Notes: a model not told the origin generated them from the sequence alone. Shown: positions 26,945 through 35,811, numbered from the stretch's first letter. The stretch is 64,000 nt of DNA from an uncultured Alphaproteobacteria bacterium (GCA_905233975.1 CAJOGD010000002.1:1574-65573), one strand, 5' to 3'. Numbers and translations are program-made.

Positions 26945-29560
26945 TTATAACCCTTGTTTTATTCCAATTGGTAAATCATCAGGTATGTTTTGTTGGCAAC
27001 TGTTGCTTGCGTCGCCGTTTGATGTGTCTTGATAATCAAATGGGCAAACCTGGTGCGTGCGCGAATAAACATTAGATTTGCACCATGCACCGATAGAAAC
27101 ACCGTTGGTGGTGCCAGATAGGTTGCCTTGGGGGCAATTTGCGTCATTGCTATCGGGGTCGTCTGTTGGTATAACGGGTGCGCATTTGCCGATGGTTCCG
27201 TTTTTGCTTCGATGTCCACCATTTTCCCAGCAAGAACATATACCCCATGCATACGTATCGACATCAAAGACATAATTTTGTGGGCACATATTTTCTTGGT
27301 ATGAATTATCTATGCCGTATTGTGCGAAAGAACCGGTTATTTGACAAAGTGTGCCGTTTGAAGAGGCCCCGTATCTGTCGTGGTCGATAAATTGTGCTTC
27401 GACAAATTTGCCATTAACGTTCATGCATTGTGTGGTCAGTGTGTCTATGATTTGGTTATACACCTCGGTCGCGACGCCTGTTGGACGCAGACGGCGGTTT
27501 TTGAATTTGTATGGTTTGCCCTGGCCTTCATAGTTATTGTCGCCCCATGGAATTACATCGTCGCCGTCGTGCAAATTGGCCCAACCGTATGCGTACGCGG
27601 CCATATTGCTATCGCTAATATAATCATATATGTATTGGCCATGAATATCGGTGTCGCGTTGTGCAATTACGGCGTCAAGTCCGCCGAACACCTGCTCTAT
27701 TTTGTCTTTACAACTATCGATTTCGGCGACACGTTGTGCGCATTTGGATTTATAGCCCGCCAATCTGTTCCCGTCGGCATCGTATTCATAAAGGCTGAAC
27801 CAATCAAGGGCCGATAAATCTTTTTGTGCCACAAAATGGTCAACAATATCGGATTGGAATAAACCACTTGCAGGATAGTAAAAGTTTTCATAATTTGTGC
27901 CACCAAAACTATCAAAACACTGTTGGACAACCGCGCGACATGCCGTTGTTGTGTCGGTGTTCGTCTGATTGTTCACGTATTCTGCGACAATGTCGTTGTC
28001 AAACATGTTGTTGCACGAATCTATATAATTTCGGCACATTTCCCGCGTAAGGACGATTTTATCCGGAACAAGGGACGTTTCCGATGTCCCGTCGATAAGT
28101 TCTGTCATGGCCGCGGTTATTGCGGTTTCGCGGTCATTATAACATTCCGAGATTAAATCAAAGCAACCGTTTTTAATTGTTTGAACCTTGGACTTTTGGG
28201 CATAATATATGTCCAACAACGCCTTGTCCAGGTATTCAGACCACACAGAATCCGCGATTTCTGTGCATTTGTCCAATGCGTCTGTGGCGAACTTTTTCGT
28301 TTTGCTTTCAAAGTTTTTGACAAAGCTACTATTGTTCGGATTTTGGGCCAACTTTTGAAGTGCGGCGTCTTTGCTAGAATCGAATTTCAACAGGTTTTGT
28401 AATTCGTAAAATCGTACCACGCCGGTAATTGGTGCGCCGGTGGTCACATCTATAAATTCGCCATTATCAAGACACCGGTGATAATTTGCGCCGCATACTT
28501 CTTCGCTAAGTATGGCGGATTCGACATTACCGATACAGGTTGCCATATCGTCAGAGTTATGTTTGTTGCGATTTTCGATTCGGGCAAGGTCTAACATCGC
28601 ACTGCCTTCGCGGACGGCGGCGCGTAAATCCTTTTGTTTGGATTCAAGTGTGGCCTGGACAGTATTACAATCTTGCTCTATCGCCATAAGGTATGCCGTC
28701 ACCGCACGTTGCAGTGAGGCGTCATTGCAATCGGCGGAAACGGCACTGCGGCATGACGGATAGACCGCATTATAAAGTTCGGTGCCGTTGTACGACGCAA
28801 TGGCCGCGGCCGTATCGTTAAGGCCGAACATGTTTGACGAATCGAAAGATATATTTATGCTATTTAAATCGGACATTTTCCCGCCAACGGTCGTGTCGCC
28901 GCCGCGGATTGAATTCATTATCGCGGTAAGTAAGGCCTTGGACGCAGATGTGTCTGCGGCAAGTGCGCTTTCGCCGTCGGACGCGGTGTGAATGGCGGTC
29001 GCCTGGGCCGCACTAAGGCCGACAACATCAAGATTTTCGGTGAATTCGGTTAATTTATTATTTGTATCGATTATGTTTTGCCGAACGTCACTCAGGTCAT
29101 ATACGCGCGCACTGCATGAACAGCGGCGATAGTCGTCATTTTTCAACTGACAAAATTGGTCCATGCATTGAAAGTATGCGGATTTGCAACGTGCATATGT
29201 GGCACCGGTACGTGTTTCAAGTATATCATTACTAACCTCTATGCCGGTGGTGGTTGCCGCGCGCCCAACCTGAATAATGCGGCGTGGTGTTTGGGTTGTG
29301 CCGACCGTACCGGCGCGGGATTTTACCGTTTGGGCATTTGTGCGTGTTGTGTTATCAAGCTTGATTGCGCCGGCGCGTGTGGTGGTGTTGCGGGTTGCAC
29401 GTGCGTTTGTTTGGTTGCCCCTGTTGGTGTCGCGTGTGGCACTTGTGCGCACAGTATTGCCCGTCGGACGTGTGCCGGCCGCCCCGTCGCGCAACGCGGA
29501 ATACGCGGGCGTGCCAAACCATAGACCGATAAAGGTGCATAAAATCAGAAGTTTATTCAT
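26945..29560 (-). CDS. large secreted Cys-containing protein, unknown function
   Basis: Start moved to ATG 29560 (MNKLLILCTFIGLWFGTPAYSA). A Thr/Arg/Asn-rich low-complexity segment is followed by about 800 aa with paired Cys (..CKSAYFQCMDQFC..RRCSCS..) and a Cys-rich C-terminus. Confidence 0.65.
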   Translation of the reverse strand: MNKLLILCTFIGLWFGTPAYSALRDGAAGTRPTGNTVRTSATRDTNRGNQTNARATRNTTTRAGAIKLDNTTRTNAQTVKSRAGTVGTTQTPRRIIQVGRAATTTGIEVSNDILETRTGATYARCKSAYFQCMDQFCQLKNDDYRRCSCSARVYDLSDVRQNIIDTNNKLTEFTENLDVVGLSAAQATAIHTASDGESALAADTSASKALLTAIMNSIRGGDTTVGGKMSDLNSINISFDSSNMFGLNDTAAAIASYNGTELYNAVYPSCRSAVSADCNDASLQRAVTAYLMAIEQDCNTVQATLESKQKDLRAAVREGSAMLDLARIENRNKHNSDDMATCIGNVESAILSEEVCGANYHRCLDNGEFIDVTTGAPITGVVRFYELQNLLKFDSSKDAALQKLAQNPNNSSFVKNFESKTKKFATDALDKCTEIADSVWSEYLDKALLDIYYAQKSKVQTIKNGCFDLISECYNDRETAITAAMTELIDGTSETSLVPDKIVLTREMCRNYIDSCNNMFDNDIVAEYVNNQTNTDTTTACRAVVQQCFDSFGGTNYENFYYPASGLFQSDIVDHFVAQKDLSALDWFSLYEYDADGNRLAGYKSKCAQRVAEIDSCKDKIEQVFGGLDAVIAQRDTDIHGQYIYDYISDSNMAAYAYGWANLHDGDDVIPWGDNNYEGQGKPYKFKNRRLRPTGVATEVYNQIIDTLTTQCMNVNGKFVEAQFIDHDRYGASSNGTLCQITGSFAQYGIDNSYQENMCPQNYVFDVDTYAWGICSCWENGGHRSKNGTIGKCAPVIPTDDPDSNDANCPQGNLSGTTNGVSIGAWCKSNVYSRTHQVCPFDYQDTSNGDASNSCQQNIPDDLPIGIKQGL

Positions 29561-29602
29561 CTCTGTGGTTAATTCTATCAAAAATCCCAAAATGGGTCAA
29601 GC

Positions 29603-29634
29603 GTTAGTGGAAAGAGTAAACACTAATCACTAAC
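29603..29634. repeat. inverted pair of GT[AT]AGTG units
   Basis: GTTAGTGG-aaagagtaaa-CACTAATCACTAAC could fold as a hairpin. Confidence 0.5.
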
Positions 29635-29664
29635 ACCCCGCACACCATTTTCTTAATTTTCTTG

Positions 29665-29693
29665 TTGCAAAGCGTGTGGATTTGTTGTAGTAT
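29665..29693 (+). promoter_or_regulatory. candidate promoter of the tRNA cluster
   Basis: TTGCAA, 17-nt spacer, TAGTAT, 11 nt before tRNA-Leu. Confidence 0.5.
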
Positions 29694-29704
29694 GACTGCG
29701 CGCT

Positions 29705-29789
29705 GGGCATATGGCGGAACTGGTAGACGCGCTAGTTTCAGGTACTAGTGGGGCGACCCTTGGAAGTTCGAGTCTTCTTATGCCCACCA
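29705..29789 (+). tRNA. tRNA-Leu (anticodon CAG)
   Basis: GGGCATA/TATGCCC acceptor stem, anticodon loop TTCAGGT, long variable arm, GTTCGAGTC T-loop and an encoded CCA. Confidence 0.88.
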
Positions 29790-29849
29790 TGAATTTTTGT
29801 TATTGGGCATGAAACGCACAATTAGAAAAATTCAGTGTAAAAGAGTTTT

Positions 29850-29925
29850 GGGGTTGTAGCTCAGTTGATAGAGCGCTACGTTCGCATCGTAGAGGTCGTG
29901 GGTTTGAGTCCCATCAGCTCCACCA
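29850..29925 (+). tRNA. tRNA-Ala (anticodon CGC)
   Basis: GGGGTTG..CAGCTCC acceptor stem with a G3:U70 pair, anticodon loop TTCGCAT, GGTTTGAGTCC T-arm and CCA. Confidence 0.88.
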
Positions 29926-30072
29926 CCAATTTTTGTTATCGCGCGCATCGCGCACGATTAAAAAAAATTGAGTGTCTCGCCGCAGCCTTTGGCGAAGGCG
30001 GACACAAAATTTTAGAGAAAAGGGTCTTTAATCGCGCGGCGCCGGACGCCGCATGATTAAAGTCAAGGGTCC

Positions 30073-30159
30073 GGGGATATGGCGGAATGGTAGACGCTGA
30101 GGACTTAAAATCCTTTGATCATTGCGATCGTGTGGGTTCAAGTCCCACTATCCCCACCA
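30073..30159 (+). tRNA. tRNA-Leu (anticodon TAA)
   Basis: GGGGATA/TATCCCC acceptor stem, anticodon loop CTTAAAA, long variable arm, GGGTTCAAGTCCCAC T-arm and CCA. Confidence 0.88.
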
Positions 30160-30274
30160 CCAAATTTTTTAAGCCTGCGCTTTCTGCGCAGGCTTAAAAA
30201 ATTTGAGTGTCTCGCCGTAGCCTTGGCGCTTGCGCCACGAAGCTTTAGCGAAGTGGCGCAGGCGGACAAAAATT

Positions 30275-30982
30275 CTAGTTATTTTCCCGGTCTTTTGCCA
30301 CCCGACTATAAACGTTCATCAGTTTTTCAACGGACGTGAGTTCTTCGTGTTCCGCTTGTGTCATGATGGCGGCGATTTGATATTCCCGTTTGCCATTGTT
30401 TGTTGCGTCAATTATTTCATTCAGTTTGCAATTCCCATCTATTTTTGCCCGGTTAAAATTATATGCGCCACTTGCCGGGTCCAGCATTTGCAACCCATGC
30501 GACATTTTTACCGCAACGATTTGGTGTCCGTTCATGTGCCGATTGCCAATATCAGGAATATAGACACTAACAACAATATAGACGTCTTTTATGCCCGCCT
30601 CTTTTGCGTATTTTGCAAATAAATTGGCGCGCCCCGAACAGCCGACAACGTATGACGGGATTTTATATTTATCTATTTCGTCGGTGGAAAAAGAAAACAT
30701 ATTTTGATTCGGTTTGATTTGGTTTTTTGCATCATGCAGCCATAAATTACGATAAAAGAACTCGTCATCGCTGGCTGCCTGCGTTTTCATGTGTTTGTAA
30801 TTTTCGGGTATAACATCGGCAGAAATGAAAAAATCATCTACGCGTTTTAGCACATTGTCCAATGTTGCGACAATTTCTTGGTCGGTCATGTTTTTTGCGG
30901 AACTCCGTTTGGCCGCGTGGATAAAGAAATAGCCAATTAGCCCCAGGATTATTATGATTAACACTATTATTGCCGGTTTCAC
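30275..30982 (-). CDS. membrane-anchored protein with a possible transglutaminase-like Cys-protease core
   Basis: N-terminal TM helix MKPAIIVLIIIILGLIGYFFI. GCSGRANLFAKYAKEAGI ... NGHQIVAVKM ... LDPASG fits a Cys/His/Asp papain-like arrangement. This is a weak call made by eye. Confidence 0.4.
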   Translation of the reverse strand: MKPAIIVLIIIILGLIGYFFIHAAKRSSAKNMTDQEIVATLDNVLKRVDDFFISADVIPENYKHMKTQAASDDEFFYRNLWLHDAKNQIKPNQNMFSFSTDEIDKYKIPSYVVGCSGRANLFAKYAKEAGIKDVYIVVSVYIPDIGNRHMNGHQIVAVKMSHGLQMLDPASGAYNFNRAKIDGNCKLNEIIDATNNGKREYQIAAIMTQAEHEELTSVEKLMNVYSRVAKDRENN

Positions 30983-31064
30983 AAGGTTCTCCTTTTTTTC
31001 GCGGTATATTATACCAAAAAAATATCATGCCGGCAAGACGGGGGTGATAAACACGATAAAAAAG

Positions 31065-31092
31065 TTGAATTTTACAAAAATCTGAATATAAT
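31065..31092 (+). promoter_or_regulatory. candidate promoter of tRNA-Val
   Basis: TTGAAT, 16-nt spacer, TATAAT, 12 nt before the tRNA. Confidence 0.5.
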
Positions 31093-31104
31093 ACGAATAC
31101 GCTT

Positions 31105-31181
31105 GGATGAGTAGCTCAGTTGGTTAGAGCATCACGTTCACATCGTGGGGGTCGCTGGTTCGAGTCCAGTCTCATCCACCA
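31105..31181 (+). tRNA. tRNA-Val (anticodon CAC)
   Basis: GGATGAG/CTCATCC acceptor stem, anticodon loop TTCACAT, GGTTCGAGTCC T-arm and CCA. Confidence 0.88.
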
Positions 31182-31266
31182 ATTTTTGTTGTTGCACGCG
31201 AAGACGGGCAAAAACAATATTCATATTATTTCGACAACAAACTTATCCAACCAAAGGAATTGCAAA

Positions 31267-32574
31267 ATGTTACAGGATGATTACATAGCTTTTATAAGCA
31301 AGTGCAAAACAGAACGTGAATGTATCGAATTTGTAAAGCGCGAATTGGATTCTTGCGGCTACGTGCCTTTGACAGACAAACACGATAAAAACAAGCGTTT
31401 GTTTTATATGATAAAAATGAATAAAGCTTTGATCGCCTTTAAACTTGGCAAACAGCCTATATCGCATGGCATGAACATACTTTGTGCGCATGTTGATTCG
31501 CCGCGTTTAGATATAAAGCAAAATCCAATCTTTACAAATACAGGTGTTGCGTATTTAAATACTCATTACTATGGCGGAATACGCAAATATCAATGGCTTA
31601 CGTTGCCGCTTGCAATACATGGTGTTGTTTGCAAAAAGAATGGGGAAACCAAAAGTGTTGTCATAGGTGAAAAAGAATCGGATCCGGTCTTTTGTATTTC
31701 TGATTTGTTGCCCCATTTGGCCAAAGAACAGGTTACCAAGAAAGTTTCGGAATTTGTAGAAGGAGAATCTTTGGACGTTATCATAGGTAATGAACCAGAT
31801 ATGAAAGACAACAAGAAATATAAAGAAAAAATCTTGGAAGTCATAAAAGACAAGTATCAAATAGAAGACAAAGATTTTTATTCTTCGGAATTAGAAATTG
31901 TTCCTGCGGGGCCTGCCCGGTATATGGGATTGGATAAATCCATGATTCTTGGATATGGCCAAGACGATAGATGCTGCGCTTTTTCCGCATTAAAAGCATT
32001 TGTTGCCGATAACGATACCCCCGAAATAACCCAATGTTTATTGTTGGTTGATAAAGAAGAAATCGGAAGTGTTGGTGCCACAGGATTGAACAGCCATTTA
32101 CTTGAAAATGCAGTGTCGGAATTGGTTTATAACCACTATTCCGAAAACGAATATTCGCTTAGGAAATGTTTAGAGAACAGCAATATTTTATCATGTGATG
32201 TCACCAGCGCATATGATTCAAAATATTCCGATCGTTTTGATATGGATAATGCAAGTTTCTTGGGCCAGGGACCGGTTTTATCAAAATTTACTGGTTATGG
32301 TGGAAAATACGAAGCAAACGATGCCAATCCAGAATATGTTGCAAAAATACGTTCCGTTCTGGAATCCAAAAACATACCGTACCAGGTTGCCGAATTGGGA
32401 AAAGTTGACGCGGGTGGTGGCGGAACAATCGCGCTATATGCTGCTAAATACGGAATGAACACAATCGATATGGGTATTTCTGTGATGAGTATGCATTCCC
32501 CATGGGAAATTATAAATGCAAAAGATATCGAATACACATTTCAGGCGTATAAAGAATTCTTATCCCTGGTGTAA
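31267..32574 (+). CDS. M18-family aminopeptidase
   Basis: Start moved to ATG 31267, because the track start 31120 lies inside tRNA-Val. Motifs CAHVDSPRLD, GQDDRCC, VDKEEIGS and MHSPWE. Confidence 0.8.
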   Translation: MLQDDYIAFISKCKTERECIEFVKRELDSCGYVPLTDKHDKNKRLFYMIKMNKALIAFKLGKQPISHGMNILCAHVDSPRLDIKQNPIFTNTGVAYLNTHYYGGIRKYQWLTLPLAIHGVVCKKNGETKSVVIGEKESDPVFCISDLLPHLAKEQVTKKVSEFVEGESLDVIIGNEPDMKDNKKYKEKILEVIKDKYQIEDKDFYSSELEIVPAGPARYMGLDKSMILGYGQDDRCCAFSALKAFVADNDTPEITQCLLLVDKEEIGSVGATGLNSHLLENAVSELVYNHYSENEYSLRKCLENSNILSCDVTSAYDSKYSDRFDMDNASFLGQGPVLSKFTGYGGKYEANDANPEYVAKIRSVLESKNIPYQVAELGKVDAGGGGTIALYAAKYGMNTIDMGISVMSMHSPWEIINAKDIEYTFQAYKEFLSLV

Positions 32575-32596
32575 GCTCATCTTTTGTACTGTTTAA

Positions 32597-32622
32597 TAAT
32601 CGCGCACGAAAGTGCGCGATTA
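32597..32622 (+). terminator. hairpin TAATCGCGCAC-gaaa-GTGCGCGATTA
   Basis: 11-bp stem downstream of the aminopeptidase gene. Related TTAATCGCGC...GCGCGATTAA palindromes occur at ~29936..29965 and ~30041..30077. Confidence 0.5.
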
Positions 32623-32662
32623 AACTTTTGTGTGCCGTTTCACTTTCCGCCACCGGACGATA

Positions 32663-32935
32663 TTATTTCTTTTTAAAATATGATTTGATTATCATGTACA
32701 ATATTATCCCGTTGAATACCAGGGTAATGCTGTTAAATAACATTATTTGAAAAGAGTGCAAATATACCCCATAAAGAATCCAAAACACCAGGCCTATGCA
32801 ATATATGATGTACATGTACAAAGAAAGCCCCGATACATTTTTTGTTCTAATTGACTTTATTGCCTGGGGTAAAAATGCAAGCGTTGTGCAAGTCCCAGAT
32901 AAATAGCCTATGATTTCACCCAAAAAATTACCCAT
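32663..32935 (-). CDS. SemiSWEET / PQ-loop sugar transporter
   Basis: 90 aa, three TM helices, ..AFLPQAIKSIRTK..SGLSL motif. Confidence 0.8.
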   Translation of the reverse strand: MGNFLGEIIGYLSGTCTTLAFLPQAIKSIRTKNVSGLSLYMYIIYCIGLVFWILYGVYLHSFQIMLFNSITLVFNGIILYMIIKSYFKKK

Positions 32936-33030
32936 AAGAATTCCTTTTTTTATTCGCCTTTTATTATACCATAAAACAGATATTTATTCAATTTAAATCA
33001 CACGAATGCGGGTGCGCATGTTATTATATA

Positions 33031-33059
33031 AAAATCCCCGTATTGAATACGGGGATTTT
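33031..33059. terminator. bidirectional terminator after the adhesin gene
   Basis: AAAATCCCCGTA-ttgaa-TACGGGGATTTT, with A and T runs on either side. Confidence 0.7.
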
Positions 33060-33085
33060 TTTACCACAAGTTGCTTTGACCCTTG

Positions 33086-34879
33086 TTAAAACAATTTGAA
33101 CTTGTAATTCGTTCCTGCGCGGAGTGTCATCTGGGTTTTGTCGCCCGTTGCCAAACCTGCGCCGACGTTTACAGACCAACGATTGGTTAAACCCATCGCC
33201 GCGCCCAGTGCAACGGCGGATTGGTTGTTGTAATAACCATAGCCGCCACCAAAGGATACTTCGCCTTTGCCTACATTGGATACCGCCACAGCAGATAATG
33301 CGGTTGCCGCTGCAACGCCACCCGAAACGTTCTTTTCAAGTGAATCTACTTTTTGGTCGGTATATGCGTTCGCACGTGCCAATGTCGCCGCATCAGCCGC
33401 CGCAAAGTCGTTGCGAATGGCCGCTTCTTGGGCGGTTGCGCGTGCAACTTCGTTGTCGATTGCGTTTTGCAATGTGGCATCGGCCGCCGCAAATTCAGAA
33501 CGAATAGCGGCTTCTTCGCCCGTTGCGCGTGTCACTTCTGCATCGATGTTGCTTTGCAATGTGGCATCAGCCGCCGCAAATTCAGAACGGATAGCGGCTT
33601 CTTCGCCCGTTGCGCGTGTCACTTCTGCATCAATATTGCTTTGCAATGTGGCATCGGCCGCCGCAAATTCAGAACGGATAGCGGCTTCTTCGCCCATTGC
33701 GCGCGTCACTTCTGCATCGATGTTGCTTTGCAATGTTGTGTCTGCAGCTTCGCGTGCAGTTGTTTCATTTGCAACGACCGATTCGGCGACCGACTGTGCG
33801 CGTGTATCGATTGTTGTTTCAATCGGCGAATTATAAAGATCTGATGCCGCATTGAACTTTTCTGTGTCTGCACCAAAGTTGGTCAATGCCTGTTGATAAT
33901 TGCTTTCTGCATTCGTTGCCGACGTATAGGCATTGTTTGCCGCGGTATATGTCGCAAAATTTGTGACCAGTGTCTCTTGGGCCGCTGTATCTGTGTTATA
34001 AGCACCCAAAGCCGCCGCATAATTTGCGTTTTCTGTGGCCTGTAAATCGCCCAACGCGTCGGTTGCAGCTGTTAATGCGGTGCCACTATCGGTCGCGTAT
34101 GCATCAAGCATGCCCTGGAGTGCAACCAACAAATCTGGATCAATTGCCGGGTTTGTTAAATCGACCGCCTGGCCATCGTTATCAAGGTCTTTGATACCTG
34201 TGCCATCATTAGACAGAACGTATGTATGGCCGCCTTCTGGTTGATATGAATACAGACTGATTAAATCTGTGGCAACTGTGCCACTGGTAATATCTGTTGA
34301 ACCGGCTGTATATGTCGCATTTGTGGCATAACTTGCAGACAATTCGCGTGCGGCGCCATTGCTGTCCAACGTGATGTATTGTTGGCTTTCTGGGTCGGTT
34401 GAATCATATTGTGGGTTTTCATAACTATATGCAGAATCAACGACCGATGTTCCGGCGTTCAATCCATAGCCATCGGCAACCACAACGGCGGTATAACCAG
34501 TCGTGCCGGCGACTGTGCTTGCCGTATAGTCAGAAGCCGTATATGTATTCCCGGCGTCCAATGTTTCTGATGTTCCGTTTGCCAAGGTGTATGCAAAGTC
34601 ATTCATATCGACACCATTTGTGGTGTTTGAATTGATGGCTGCGGTTGCGGTGCCATCTTGGTTTGTTCCCGTATAGGTAAAGTTATATGCCGCCGGTGTT
34701 CCGGTTGCGACATTTTCTATACCGGTGCTTGCAACATAATCACCGGCAAATGTGACATCTGTATTTGCGTTGGCAACCGAAGTTGTCAAAGCAACAACAC
34801 CCGCCAAGAACGCATGACGCAATACACTGCGGTATTGTGCAGACAATTCTTTGATAGTTGTCTTTGATTGTCTTATCAT
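33086..34879 (-). CDS. trimeric autotransporter adhesin (YadA-like C-terminal anchor)
   Basis: The C-terminus ..GGVAAATALSAVA......GE.SFGGGYGYY.NQSAVALGAA......W...VGAG........RAGTNYKF matches the YadA anchor pattern. It also has a coiled-coil stalk with 29-aa repeats, an N-terminal signal, and a strong AAGGAAG RBS. Confidence 0.8.
   Translation of the reverse strand: MIRQSKTTIKELSAQYRSVLRHAFLAGVVALTTSVANANTDVTFAGDYVASTGIENVATGTPAAYNFTYTGTNQDGTATAAINSNTTNGVDMNDFAYTLANGTSETLDAGNTYTASDYTASTVAGTTGYTAVVVADGYGLNAGTSVVDSAYSYENPQYDSTDPESQQYITLDSNGAARELSASYATNATYTAGSTDITSGTVATDLISLYSYQPEGGHTYVLSNDGTGIKDLDNDGQAVDLTNPAIDPDLLVALQGMLDAYATDSGTALTAATDALGDLQATENANYAAALGAYNTDTAAQETLVTNFATYTAANNAYTSATNAESNYQQALTNFGADTEKFNAASDLYNSPIETTIDTRAQSVAESVVANETTAREAADTTLQSNIDAEVTRAMGEEAAIRSEFAAADATLQSNIDAEVTRATGEEAAIRSEFAAADATLQSNIDAEVTRATGEEAAIRSEFAAADATLQNAIDNEVARATAQEAAIRNDFAAADAATLARANAYTDQKVDSLEKNVSGGVAAATALSAVAVSNVGKGEVSFGGGYGYYNNQSAVALGAAMGLTNRWSVNVGAGLATGDKTQMTLRAGTNYKFKLF
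33396..33743 (-). repeat. 87-nt (29-aa) in-frame tandem repeat, 3 near-identical copies plus 1 diverged
   Basis: Copies begin at 33483, 33570 and 33657, and each encodes DATLQSNIDAEVTRATGEEAAIRSEFAAA. A diverged copy lies at 33396..33482. Confidence 0.85.
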
Positions 34880-34947
34880 GATTTTCTTCCTTTTTTTTGT
34901 TTAACGTTAAATCCTTAAAAGGCCTCTCCTTTTAAGACACAAACGCA

Positions 34948-34974
34948 TGATATAAAAACCAAGGTTTTTTAACC
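34948..34974. promoter_or_regulatory. hix-like recombination site 1 (putative invertase crossover site)
   Basis: TGATATAAAAACCAAGGTTTTTTAACC. As I recall it, the 15-nt core AAAACCAAGGTTTTT (34955..34969) is identical to the core of Salmonella hixL. Confidence 0.55.
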
Positions 34975-35062
34975 CCCTGTGTATAAAAACTGTCAAAAAT
35001 AGGCTTGTTCATTGTTTTTAGAAGAAAAAATGATTTTTATTTTTTTGAAAAAAATGGTTGAT

Positions 35063-35086
35063 TTTATTCCTTGGTTTAATTTATAC
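35063..35086. promoter_or_regulatory. hix-like recombination site 2 (inverted relative to site 1)
   Basis: TTTTATTCCTTGGTTTAATTTATA. CCTTGGTTT (35069..35077) is the exact reverse complement of AAACCAAGG (34956..34964). Confidence 0.5.
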
Positions 35087-35189
35087 CACTTGAAACAATC
35101 GGATATATGATTATATCTTGGCTTGACCACAGGTGCTGATCTTTTTCGGCGCCCTGTTTTTTAATACAATATAAACAAAGGAAGCAACT

Positions 35190-35789
35190 ATGATTTATGG
35201 TTATTGTCGCGTTTCAACCGCGCATCAACACGAAGAAAACCAACACTTTGTCATAGAAAATTTTGCAAAGAGCAATGGATTAATTATCGATTCTTGGGTG
35301 GAAGAAAAAATTTCAAGCGGAAAAAGATTACAAGACAGAAAATTGGGCACATTGTTAAAACGACTTCAATCGGGCGACATTTTAATCACAACGGAAATAT
35401 CAAGACTGGGGCGCAGTTTGTTGGAAGTTATGGGAATTTTGCAGACGTGTCTTGAACGCGGTTGTCAAATATGGACATTGAAAGAAAATTTCCGGTTGGG
35501 AACGGATATACAATCCAAAGTTTTGGCCTTTGCATTTGGTTTGTCGGCTGAATTGTCGCGTTCGTTGTTGCAAGAGCGTGTGCGGGAAAGCCTTGCGCGG
35601 TTAAAGGCGGCGGGTAAAAAACTTGGACGACCCGTTGGCGCACACTCAAAAATATTAAAACTTAGCAAGAATAAAAAACGAATAAATACTTTAATCGACA
35701 AAGGGGTCAGCAAAAATGAAATTGCACGAATCATGCGTGTTAATAAAAGCACGCTTTATAATTATCTGCGGCATATGGACGCGATTTAA
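35190..35789 (+). CDS. small serine recombinase (resolvase/invertase family, Hin/Gin-like size)
   Basis: MIYGYCRVSTAHQ (catalytic Ser), GDILITTEISRLGRS and the C-terminal HTH VSKNEIARIMRVNKSTLYNYL. 199 aa, AAAGGAAG RBS, AT-rich. Confidence 0.85.
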   Translation: MIYGYCRVSTAHQHEENQHFVIENFAKSNGLIIDSWVEEKISSGKRLQDRKLGTLLKRLQSGDILITTEISRLGRSLLEVMGILQTCLERGCQIWTLKENFRLGTDIQSKVLAFAFGLSAELSRSLLQERVRESLARLKAAGKKLGRPVGAHSKILKLSKNKKRINTLIDKGVSKNEIARIMRVNKSTLYNYLRHMDAI

Positions 35790-35811
35790 AAACGCCGATA
35801 AAATCGGCGTT
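35789..35811. terminator. bidirectional terminator between convergent genes
   Basis: AAACGCCGAT-aaa-ATCGGCGTTT. Confidence 0.65.

Noticed and set aside
31120-31266. Track start of the aminopeptidase ORF at 31120
   Set aside because: That start lies inside tRNA-Val (31105..31181). ATG 31267 has an AAAGGA RBS.
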